From Anaerolineae bacterium (GTDB lineage: Bacteria; Chloroflexota; Anaerolineae; Aggregatilineales; UBA3940), in the NCBI GenBank assembly GCA_016926985.1, contig JAFGNO010000192.1, positions 1-62,218 on the forward strand: a stretch of DNA of 62,218 bases. The letters run 5' to 3'. A program made the position numbers and the translations under genes. This document shows positions 8,658-16,474 of this stretch, piece by piece. How positions within the stretch are numbered: the stretch's first letter is position 1; the number at the start of each line of letters is the position of its first letter. Under the pieces are notes generated by a model, which saw only the letters and a program-made list of their open reading frames with translations, was not told where the DNA came from and did no database searches.

Positions 8658-9542
8658 CTATTCATAGGGCTCGTCGTAATTTTCTTCACCGCCGCTTCCC
8701 TCAAGGATATATAAACCCATCCCGTCCGGGCCAATGTATGCGGCTGTCAGGGGTTCATACAGCATAATTGGCGACTCCAGACGGGGGAATTCAAGTGCAA
8801 GTCGATCCTGGAGCATTCTGGTTTGCTCCGTTGTTCTCAGGGTATTCTGGATCACACAAAGGCGCTCAACTTGGGTAAACTCTGCAACAAATTCAATCAT
8901 TTTGTCAATTGCCTGCGAGTGAGTTCTGGCCTTTTCCATTGTGATCAGGCGCCCATCTTCAATGGTCAGGATTGGCTTGATATCAAGCATTGCCCCAAGC
9001 AGTGCCTGGGTTTCTCCAATCAGGCCGGCCTGGCGGATGTAATCCAGCGAATTAACATACATCACTGAATACAGCCGGGGGATTACTCCCCGGACCACCC
9101 GCACCACATCATCAAGCGAATTCTGGGCACTGGCGGCGGCAATGGCCGCTTCGACCAGATATCCAAGCCCTGCCGATGTTGTTCGGCTGTCTATGACCAT
9201 TATCTCGCACCGACCGAGGAAGCGAGAGCGCGCTTTGACCGCATTTGCATAGGTATCGGTGAAATGCTGCGAATGCACCAGCACACAGATTTGATCGGTG
9301 CTTTTTGCCAGTTCCCGGTAGGCTTCTTCAAACTGCTCTGCCGAGGGCGCAGTGAGGACAGGCGCAGTCGGAACATACTGCAGGCGTTTTAAAAACTCCG
9401 AGTCCAGCAAGTCGATGCCGTCCCGGTAAGTCATGCCATCCAGCTTGTAAGTTAGCGGAATAACGACTACGTGATGTTTTTCCTGAAAACCAGGGTCCTC
9501 AAATTGTGCTGTGCTGTCGGTTATGATCCGAACAATGCTCAA
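8658..9542 (-). CDS. DegV-family fatty-acid-binding protein (FakB-like), second copy
   Basis: 294 aa, starting IVRIITDSTAQF. It is a paralogue of 7785-8645. Confidence 0.88.
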   Translation of the reverse strand: MSIVRIITDSTAQFEDPGFQEKHHVVVIPLTYKLDGMTYRDGIDLLDSEFLKRLQYVPTAPVLTAPSAEQFEEAYRELAKSTDQICVLVHSQHFTDTYANAVKARSRFLGRCEIMVIDSRTTSAGLGYLVEAAIAAASAQNSLDDVVRVVRGVIPRLYSVMYVNSLDYIRQAGLIGETQALLGAMLDIKPILTIEDGRLITMEKARTHSQAIDKMIEFVAEFTQVERLCVIQNTLRTTEQTRMLQDRLALEFPRLESPIMLYEPLTAAYIGPDGMGLYILEGSGGEENYDEPYE

Positions 9543-9572
9543 GCAACCCTCCGTTGAAACATACTGATGGGT

Positions 9573-11237
9573 TTATTCTACACTCAGGATGTAGAAATAG
9601 AATGGTTGCCCGCCTTCCCGAATTTCGATTTCGTGGTCAGGATAGATTTCGGTGATATGCTCACTCAGTGTGTGCGCCTCCTGCCAGGTTACGTCTGCCC
9701 CGTAGTACAGGGTGATGAGTTCCTTATCCTGGACGCCCATTTCTTCCAGCAGATCCATGACAACGGTATTGATGTCCTCACCTGAAATCCTCAGTTGATC
9801 ATTATGAAGCCCAATAATCTGGCCCTCACGTACCGCCAAGCCATCGATTGTTGCATCGCGTGTGGATGTTGTCACCTCACCAGTTTCAACCAGGGTGCTG
9901 GCCTGTGACATCAATTCAATCATTTCCTCCAGTTCTCCGCGAGGTTCAAGCGCCAGCAATGCAGATATGCCCTGGGGGATTGTGCGGGTTGGGATAACAC
10001 TCACTTCTTTGCCATTCACCTGGCTGGCAGCCTGTTCTGCAGCAAGAAAGATATTCTTATTGTTTGGTAAGATAATGATACGATTTGTTGGTAGCTGGTT
10101 GATGGCATCAATGAAATCCTTTGTGCTCGGATTCATTGTTTGCCCGCCAGAGATCACCGATGCGGCGCCCAAGCTGTAGAGTATCTGGGTCAGGCCTTCG
10201 CCAGGCGCCACTGTAATGGCGGCAATCATGCCCTCCTGAATCTGGGGCATCTCAAATGGGGCGCGAGCATCATGTGATGGGCCGCCCCGCTCAGATACAA
10301 ATTGCTTGTACTGCGCCTGCATATTCTCCACTACAATATCGTCCAGTTCGCCCAGACCTGCGCCATAACCCAGGACAGGTCCGGGGTTATGGACATGGAC
10401 ATGTACCTTAATCAGAGAGGGATCGCCGACTACCAGGGTTGACCAACCCATTGACTCAATTGTTTCGCGAACAATGCCAACCTCCAGATTGCTTCCTCTC
10501 AGCAGAAACTGGACGTCGTAGCCATAGCCTTCCTCGTCCTCCGGCTCAAGGGCGCTCTGTAAAGCTGACTGACCGACCTCGGCGAGCATAATCTCAATGG
10601 GTTTGTCTTCCACCAGTCGCAGCATCCCTTCGAGGATGACTGCCAGCCCCATGCCACCCGAGTCCACAACACCGGCATCTGCCAGGACCTGTAAAAGCTG
10701 GGGGGTTCGTTCAACTGAAGCGTACGATGCCTCCACCAGGTGTTTGAGCACATAGACCAGGTCATCGGACTCTTTTGCCAGGGTAGCAACCGACTCTGCC
10801 GTCTCGCGTGCGACGGTGAGCATTGTTCCTTCAACGGGCTCTTGCACTGCCTGATAAGCGGTTCGGACAGCTTCATTGAATCCGTCGATCAGGTTCGTGG
10901 TGGTCAGGACAGCCTGATCTTCTATTCCTCTGGAAAACCCTCGCCAGAGCTGGGACAGGATGACACCGGAGTTGCCCCGGGCACCCATGAGCGCGCCATT
11001 GTATAATTTATGGGCCACTTTCCCGGCGTGCTGGTCCTCAATGCCAGCGATTTCTTGATATGCGCTTCGCATCGTTAGCAGCATATTGGTGCCTGTATCA
11101 CCATCCGGAACGGGGAAGACATTCAGCTTGTTTACCCGCTCAAAATGAACTTCCAACCAGGCCAGGCCTGCCTGAACCAGGCGTTTCAAGTCTTGCCCAT
11201 CGCAGGTCTTAATGACCTTTTCAGGATTATCAGTCAT
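9573..11237 (-). CDS. DAK2-domain fusion protein YloV (FakA-like fatty acid kinase component)
   Basis: The Dak2 block reads VFPVPDGDTGTNM...GARGNSGVILSQ and is followed by the YloV C-terminal domain. I chose the ATG at 11237 (MTDNPEKV) because a GGAG SD lies 7 nt upstream. The longer ORF to 11312 would overlap the upstream asp23 gene by 71 nt. Confidence 0.88.
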   Translation of the reverse strand: MTDNPEKVIKTCDGQDLKRLVQAGLAWLEVHFERVNKLNVFPVPDGDTGTNMLLTMRSAYQEIAGIEDQHAGKVAHKLYNGALMGARGNSGVILSQLWRGFSRGIEDQAVLTTTNLIDGFNEAVRTAYQAVQEPVEGTMLTVARETAESVATLAKESDDLVYVLKHLVEASYASVERTPQLLQVLADAGVVDSGGMGLAVILEGMLRLVEDKPIEIMLAEVGQSALQSALEPEDEEGYGYDVQFLLRGSNLEVGIVRETIESMGWSTLVVGDPSLIKVHVHVHNPGPVLGYGAGLGELDDIVVENMQAQYKQFVSERGGPSHDARAPFEMPQIQEGMIAAITVAPGEGLTQILYSLGAASVISGGQTMNPSTKDFIDAINQLPTNRIIILPNNKNIFLAAEQAASQVNGKEVSVIPTRTIPQGISALLALEPRGELEEMIELMSQASTLVETGEVTTSTRDATIDGLAVREGQIIGLHNDQLRISGEDINTVVMDLLEEMGVQDKELITLYYGADVTWQEAHTLSEHITEIYPDHEIEIREGGQPFYFYILSVE

Positions 11238-11241
11238 TTCG

Positions 11242-11637
11242 TTATCTCCTGCTGCGCGATGTTTTTTCGCTTGAATCACCCGCTTCAGCCGACATCCGTA
11301 ATCCCTGTACATACACGTTTACCTGGTATACAGGAAGGCCAATGGCTTTTTCTACCTGGAATCTGACAGCATTAATAACACTGCTTGCAACCTGAGAGAT
11401 GCGCGTTCCATGCTGGATGATGACATAGACGCCAATGACCAGTTGCCCTTTCTTATACTGCACCTCAATACCGTGATGCGGATCGCCGGTCAGTGTGGCG
11501 GCCCAGTCCCCGATCGCGGTTTTTGACGCCATGCCAACCACGCCATAGCTTGTGAGCAGCGCCTGGCTCGCGATGGTCGCGATTGCAGTAGGAGAAACAT
11601 GGATTGAACCGAGAGGTTCCTCAATATGATCAGTCAT
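11242..11637 (-). CDS. Asp23/Gls24-family protein (YloU-like)
   Basis: 131 aa. It reads IHVSPTAIATIASQALLTSYGVVGM ... VIGVYVIIQHGTRISQVASSVINAVRFQVEK. The position upstream of yloV matches Bacillus yloU-yloV. Confidence 0.85.
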   Translation of the reverse strand: MTDHIEEPLGSIHVSPTAIATIASQALLTSYGVVGMASKTAIGDWAATLTGDPHHGIEVQYKKGQLVIGVYVIIQHGTRISQVASSVINAVRFQVEKAIGLPVYQVNVYVQGLRMSAEAGDSSEKTSRSRR

Positions 11638-11649
11638 ACTTTCATCACC

Positions 11650-11678
11650 TTGTCAAATTCCTGCCGATGCGGTATCCT
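11650..11678 (+). promoter_or_regulatory. Candidate promoter for rpmB
   Basis: TTGTCA-17 nt-TATCCT, about 50 nt upstream of the rpmB ATG. Confidence 0.4.
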
Positions 11679-11730
11679 CTACCGGCTTGATAATGGACTA
11701 AAAACTATTCGTGTAAAGGTGGCCAGTCAA

Positions 11731-11922
11731 ATGGCAAAATGTGAACTCTGTGGCAAAAAACCCATGTTTGGGCATAATGTCAGCCACTCTGAACGAAAAA
11801 CAAAACGTCAGTTCAAACCAAATATCCAGAAGACCACTATTGTTCGTGATGGTCGAGTTGTATCTATCAAAGTCTGCGCTAAATGCCTGAAAACGCTGAA
11901 TAAGGATATCAAAATCCGCTAA
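11731..11922 (+). CDS. rpmB: 50S ribosomal protein L28
   Basis: 63 aa. It reads MAKCELCGKKPMFGHNVSHSERKTKRQFKPNIQK. An AAAGGTGG SD is present. The longer ORF from 11626 overlaps the divergent asp23 gene. Confidence 0.92.
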   Translation: MAKCELCGKKPMFGHNVSHSERKTKRQFKPNIQKTTIVRDGRVVSIKVCAKCLKTLNKDIKIR

Positions 11923-11956
11923 TGGCGTTTGTTTTCAATCATCTGGCATTACCAGC

Positions 11957-11978
11957 AAAGGGGCACAGCCCCTTTTTT
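11957..11978. terminator. Bidirectional Rho-independent terminator between rpmB and rpe
   Basis: AAA-GGGGC-ACA-GCCCC-TTTTTT. The A-run and T-run flank the stem, and the genes on either side are convergent. Confidence 0.6.
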
Positions 11979-11986
11979 AGTTCTCT

Positions 11987-12658
11987 TTACCTTGCGAGGA
12001 TGGACTCTCGCAGGGTTTTTACTGCGGCCTGCGCTCCCATGGGAGAGCGAAAAATGGCGTTTCCCGCGACAACGACATTTGCGCCAGCGGCTACAGCCGC
12101 CAGCGTTGTCTGGTTGTTAATGCCACCATCGACCGCAATATCCACAGTCAGGTTGGCTTCAACAACCATTTCATAAATGGTTGATATTTTTGAAACAGAG
12201 CCGTCGATAAATACCTGCCCGCCAAACCCCGGGTTTACGGTCATGATCAGGATAATGTCAACCTCTGGCAGGATCGCTTGTAGTGCTTTCGCCGGGGTTG
12301 CTGGGTTGATGGCAATACCGGCTTTCAATCCGTATGAGTGTATGGCCTGTATGGTTTGCGAGACCGGAGAATCTGCTTCCAGGTGGATGGTCAGGGCGTC
12401 GGCCCCAGCTTTCGCAAATGCCTCAATATAGCGCAGCGGGTCAGAGATCATCAGGTGGACATCGAGCGGGAGCCGCGTGGATTTCCGTACAGCCGTGACA
12501 ACTATTGGCCCCATGCTGATATTCGGGACAAAATGCCCATCCATCACATCAATGTGAATCTGGTCCGCGCCAGCGGCTTCAACTTGAGCAATATCATATG
12601 CCAGATGGCTGAAATCTGCTGATAAAATTGATGGGGCGATTTTCACTTTTTTACTCAT
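11987..12658 (-). CDS. rpe: Ribulose-phosphate 3-epimerase
   Basis: 223 aa from MSKKVKIAPSILSADF. It has HIDVMDGHFVPN and MTVNPGFGGQ motifs. The longer ORF to 12772 overlaps rnhA and contains the predicted promoter. Confidence 0.92.
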   Translation of the reverse strand: MSKKVKIAPSILSADFSHLAYDIAQVEAAGADQIHIDVMDGHFVPNISMGPIVVTAVRKSTRLPLDVHLMISDPLRYIEAFAKAGADALTIHLEADSPVSQTIQAIHSYGLKAGIAINPATPAKALQAILPEVDIILIMTVNPGFGGQVFIDGSVSKISTIYEMVVEANLTVDIAVDGGINNQTTLAAVAAGANVVVAGNAIFRSPMGAQAAVKTLRESILAR

Positions 12659-12667
12659 GGTCAGAGA

Positions 12668-12696
12668 AGTGTAACATGCTGGTACATGGTGTGCAA
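12668..12696 (-). promoter_or_regulatory. Promoter for rpe giving a near-leaderless mRNA
   Basis: The minus strand reads TTGCAC-17 nt-TACACT, with only 9 nt between the -10 box and the rpe ATG (12658). There is no SD. Confidence 0.5.
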
Positions 12697-12717
12697 TAGG
12701 TCTAAGGTGGTGTATTG

Positions 12718-13626
12718 ATGTCAACTGATAAGCCGCGCGTGACGATTTATACAGATGGTGGGGCCGATCCAAACCCGGGCCCAGGAGGATGGGCTGCTGT
12801 TCTCATCCATGATGCAACCGGCACAACCAAAGAACTCTCCGGGGGGGAGCAGGCTACCACCAATAACCGGATGGAGCTCAGGGCTGCGATAGAGGGCCTG
12901 TCTGCGCTCACGCAGCCTTGTGAGGTCATGCTGTATACTGATTCCACCTATCTGTACGAAGGAATCACCCAGCATATTGGCAGCTGGATGGCCAAGGGTT
13001 TTAAAAATGTTAAAAATGTTGATCTGTGGCAGCAACTTCTTGTTGTAGTAGCCGGACATGACATCCACTGGCAGTGGGTCAAGGGGCATGCCGGGAATCG
13101 GCACAATGAACGCGCTGATGCGCTGGCCAGCAGTGAAATACAGCGCTTGGGCAGTGAAGATGCCCAGAAGAGTGAGGTAGAAATTTATCTGGTGGTGTCA
13201 GCAAGTCCTCGTTACAAAATCTGGGCTGCATCTATCAGGTATGGCGGCGAAGAATCACTGATCGTTGGAGAGGACCCAGAAGCAACAGCCAACCAGTTGC
13301 ATATTCTGTCGGCTGTGAAAGCGCTGCATACCCTGCCTGATGGGATTTCTGTTCGCATTTACACCACCTCCGATTATCTTCGTAACGGCGCGATGCAGTG
13401 GCTGAACGGCTGGAAGAGACGAGGTTGGAGGACCGCTGGTGGAAATCCGGTAAAAAATCGGGAGTTCTGGCAGGCCCTTGACGCAAATCTGCAATCACGT
13501 TCTGTCATCTGGCCTTCTGTTAAGGACGACCAGGCTTTCGAGATGGCCTTTGAAGACCTGGCGCAGCGCGCTCAGGACGAATACCAGGATAGGTTGGCGG
13601 CATCCGGTTATCTGGATGAGGAATAA
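12718..13626 (+). CDS. rnhA: RNase HI fused to a second, degenerate RNase H-like domain
   Basis: 302 aa. Domain 1 (aa 7-143) has the full catalytic set: D13 (YTDGG), E53 (NNRMEL), D75 (YTDS), H124 and D134 ([13 protein letters not shown]). Domain 2 (aa 152-285) aligns but has V, H and T at the first three positions. An AAGGTGG SD lies 7 nt before the ATG at 12718. Confidence 0.85.
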   Translation: [302 protein letters not shown]

Positions 13627-13656
13627 CCACTCCAGACAGCAAGCCGCGAATTTCGC

Positions 13657-14709
13657 TCATTGTGAAGCAATAAGGGCGGCTTTCAACTGCCCGCATCCTG
13701 CATTCACATCTATTCCCCTGCGTACGCGCACCGTTGCCGGGATATTGTAGTCTTCCAGGATATTGACAAAGGCAGAAACGCGGGCCATGTCAGAAGGCTG
13801 CCCCTGATATGCCTGTGTAGGGTTGAGCGGAATCATATTCACATGGCAGAGCAGGCCCTGGAGTAACTGGCCCAGTCTGTGAGCTTCCTCCGGAGTGTCA
13901 TTTTTGCCCGCGATCAGCGCCCACTCAAATGTCACACGGCGGTTGGTTGTCCGAATATAGTAGCGTACAGCATCCATCAGGTCATTCAGCGGATAACGCC
14001 TGTTGATTGGCAGCAGCGCCGATCTTGCTTCATTGGTTGCAGCATGCAGGGAAATCGCCAGCCGTACCTGGAGTTGCTCATCGGCAAAGCGCCTGATAGC
14101 CGGGGCGATGCCTACCGTGCTCACAGTAAGGTGGCGCTGTCCGATGTTCAGGCCTTCTTCATCCATCATCCGGCGGATGGCTTCCAGCGTGTTGTCGTAG
14201 TTGTGGAATGGTTCTCCCATTCCCATGAGGACGATGTTACTCAGGCGCTGCTGTTCTTGAGCCAGCAGCCTGGAGACATGCATTGCCTGCTCGACAATCT
14301 CGCCGGGGCTGAGATGCCGGGCAAAGCCCATCTGCCCGGTCGCGCAAAAAACACATCCCATTGCGCAGCCCGCCTGTGTGCTGACGCATGCTGTGCGGCG
14401 CACGCCTTCATAGCGCATGAGCACCGTTTCAATGATCTGCCCGTCTGCCAGTTCAAGGGCAAGTTTGCGCGTTTCCCCATCAAAGGATTGGACGGACGAT
14501 ACTACCTTCAGCGCTCCTGGAGTCGTTTCTGCATCAAGGCTTTCTCTCAGATTTTGGGGAAGGTTGGCCATCACCGAAAAATCTGAGGCGTGGTGCTGGT
14601 ACAGCCACCGCCAGACCTGCCGCGCCCGGTAGGGTTCAAAGCCCCAACCCGTGATTAGTGAGGTCAATGAGTCAAGGGTCAGGTCGAAAAGGTTGATCTT
14701 GCTGCTCAT
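13657..14709 (-). CDS. rlmN: 23S rRNA/tRNA m2A methyltransferase RlmN (radical SAM)
   Basis: 350 aa. It has the CAMGCVFCATGQ (CxxxCxxC) cluster, the GMGEP motif and the C-terminal CGQL. Confidence 0.92.
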   Translation of the reverse strand: MSSKINLFDLTLDSLTSLITGWGFEPYRARQVWRWLYQHHASDFSVMANLPQNLRESLDAETTPGALKVVSSVQSFDGETRKLALELADGQIIETVLMRYEGVRRTACVSTQAGCAMGCVFCATGQMGFARHLSPGEIVEQAMHVSRLLAQEQQRLSNIVLMGMGEPFHNYDNTLEAIRRMMDEEGLNIGQRHLTVSTVGIAPAIRRFADEQLQVRLAISLHAATNEARSALLPINRRYPLNDLMDAVRYYIRTTNRRVTFEWALIAGKNDTPEEAHRLGQLLQGLLCHVNMIPLNPTQAYQGQPSDMARVSAFVNILEDYNIPATVRVRRGIDVNAGCGQLKAALIASQ

Positions 14710-14730
14710 GCCAGCCAGGCCATTATCTGA

Positions 14731-15540
14731 TCACGCCTGGTGATTGGTCAGAAGGTTTGCCAGGTTGGCGATACTATCAAGAACGAGATCGGGTTTGATA
14801 GCTGAGGCGTCAATTTGCTCCCGGCTGGCGATCCCGGTCAACACGGCAATGGTACGGATGCCAAGCTGCTGCGCGCCCAGGATATCCGTCTCAAGTCGGT
14901 CGCCGACCATTACGCTGGTGCTGATTTTTGCCCCCAGTGTCTCAAGAGCCGTGGTGAAAAGATGGGCATTTGGCTTGCCGATCACCACCGGGCTTTCTCC
15001 TGATGCAGCCTCGACTGCTGCGAGAATACTGCCAGCGCCGGGTGTTATCTCGGTTGGGGTTGGGAAGGTCTTGTCCGGGTTAGTGGCATAAAACTGCGCA
15101 CCCCGGCGGATCAGGATGCAGGCGGCACTCAATTTGCTGAAATGAAAATCGCGGTCCATTGACGTGACCACAGCGTCCACCCGATCCGGGTATTCTGCCC
15201 CGGTATGTACGGCAAAATCAGCACTTCGAAGGGCTTCCTGTATCCCTGCCTCGCCAATCACATAGATTACAGCCGCCGCCGGAAGCTGCTTTTTTAAAAT
15301 ACTGGCGGTAACAACGGCGCTCGAAAATATCTGGTCTGCGCGTGCATTGATTCCATATTGAGCGAATCGCTCCAGGTAGGCATTAATCGTTTTGGTGCCG
15401 TTATTGGTCAACAGCGCCCAGTCAACTTGAGAGGCCTCAAGGGTCTTAAAAAACCGTTGCACACCTGGGACAGGTTCTTTTGAGCGCCAGAGTACGCCGT
15501 CGCCGTCAAGCAAAATGGTATTGATTGTCTCAAAATTCAT
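14731..15540 (-). CDS. HAD-IIA family hydrolase (NagD/PNPPase-like sugar phosphatase)
   Basis: 269 aa from MNFETINTILLDGDGVLW (DxDG motif I). It also has LTNN, GKP and VGDRLETDI motifs. The start at 15540 is supported by a TGcTATAAT box 7 nt upstream. Confidence 0.85.
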   Translation of the reverse strand: MNFETINTILLDGDGVLWRSKEPVPGVQRFFKTLEASQVDWALLTNNGTKTINAYLERFAQYGINARADQIFSSAVVTASILKKQLPAAAVIYVIGEAGIQEALRSADFAVHTGAEYPDRVDAVVTSMDRDFHFSKLSAACILIRRGAQFYATNPDKTFPTPTEITPGAGSILAAVEAASGESPVVIGKPNAHLFTTALETLGAKISTSVMVGDRLETDILGAQQLGIRTIAVLTGIASREQIDASAIKPDLVLDSIANLANLLTNHQA

Positions 15541-15547
15541 ACGGCGG

Positions 15548-15556
15548 ATTATAGCA
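15548..15556 (-). promoter_or_regulatory. Extended -10 promoter for the HAD hydrolase, leaderless geometry
   Basis: The minus strand reads TGcTATAAT followed by 7 nt (ccgccgt) and the ATG at 15540. There is no SD. Confidence 0.55.
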
Positions 15557-15616
15557 CATCTGTCGTCCCCGGATGGCTTAAGCTGCAATTTCGGTGGCAA
15601 ATCGACGGCTGAATGG

Positions 15617-15646
15617 TTGCCTGCCTGTCCTCCGGTTGGCTATACT
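15617..15646 (+). promoter_or_regulatory. Candidate promoter for the GT2 gene
   Basis: TTGCCT-18 nt-TATACT, 24 nt upstream of the ATG, with GAGGTGA in between. Confidence 0.4.
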
Positions 15647-15670
15647 ACACACTTGTTGAGGTGAAACCAG

Positions 15671-16381
15671 ATGAAAGAATCCGGACAGGAAGACAATATT
15701 CGCTTGTCAGTAGTCATGCCCGTGTTCAATGAGGTTGACACGCTTGAGGAAATTGTCCGGCAGGTGCTGGCGACCGGGATGGCATTTGAGATTGTCATGG
15801 TAGATGATGGTTCGACCGATGGGACCCGCGACCTGATGAAGCAGTGGGAGGATCACGATACAATCAAAATCCTCTACCATGACAAAAACCGGGGAAAAGG
15901 CAGCGCTGTCAGGACCGGTTTTAATGCCGCCTCCGGCAATACGATCATCATCCAGGATGCTGATCTGGAGTACGATCCGCGTGACTATGCTGATGTGGTG
16001 CGTCCAATTGCCGAGGGGCGGGCAGATGTCGTTTATGGGTCCCGGTTTCTGGGCAAACCGGCGCGCAAAATGAATTTCTGGCACCGGGTGGGCAATTTCG
16101 TTCTGACGCTGGTGACTAATGTGCTTTATAACCTTGACCTTTCAGATATGGAAACATGCTATAAGTGCTTTCGTGCGGATGTGGTTAAGGGGCTCCCACT
16201 GCATTCAAAACGCTTTGAGTTTGAACCTGAGATTACCGCCAAAGTGGCCAAGCGTGGCTACCGTATTATTGAGGTTGCCATTTCATACTATGGGCGCGAT
16301 TTTGACGAAGGGAAGAAAATCACTGGCTGGGATGCTATTCCGGCATTCTGGACGTTGCTTAAATATCGGTTTGTTGATTGA
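15671..16381 (+). CDS. Family 2 glycosyltransferase (polyprenol-phosphate sugar synthase-like, soluble form)
   Basis: 236 aa. It reads LSVVMPVFNE...VDDGSTDGT...NRGKGSAV...QDADLEYDP (GT-A fold, DxD). A GAGGTGA SD is present. Confidence 0.85.
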   Translation: MKESGQEDNIRLSVVMPVFNEVDTLEEIVRQVLATGMAFEIVMVDDGSTDGTRDLMKQWEDHDTIKILYHDKNRGKGSAVRTGFNAASGNTIIIQDADLEYDPRDYADVVRPIAEGRADVVYGSRFLGKPARKMNFWHRVGNFVLTLVTNVLYNLDLSDMETCYKCFRADVVKGLPLHSKRFEFEPEITAKVAKRGYRIIEVAISYYGRDFDEGKKITGWDAIPAFWTLLKYRFVD

Positions 16382-16474
16382 TAGCCACAGGCGAGCTGTT
16401 GTTGCCTGTTTATGACTGATTAGAATATGACCTTTAAGGGTATGTAGATTTACACAAAAGATACGGAGTTCATT

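Noticed and set aside
11238-11312. Longer N-terminal extensions offered by the ORF track. These are 9573-11312, 11626 for rpmB, 12772 for rpe, 15600 for HAD and 23971 for cmk. Others are 25400 for DUF512, 32345 for glgA, 39140 for SLT, 39647 for trmI, 51901 for URO-D and 57452 for the anti-sigma gene.
   Set aside because: The extensions overlap the neighbouring gene or contain the predicted promoter, and they lack family-conserved sequence. Internal starts have SD sequences or leaderless-type -10 boxes, and they coincide with the conserved N-termini.
13879-14586. 235-aa plus-strand ORF.
   Set aside because: It lies entirely antisense to rlmN, which has unambiguous radical SAM motifs. It has no recognisable motifs and shows a typical antisense-frame composition.
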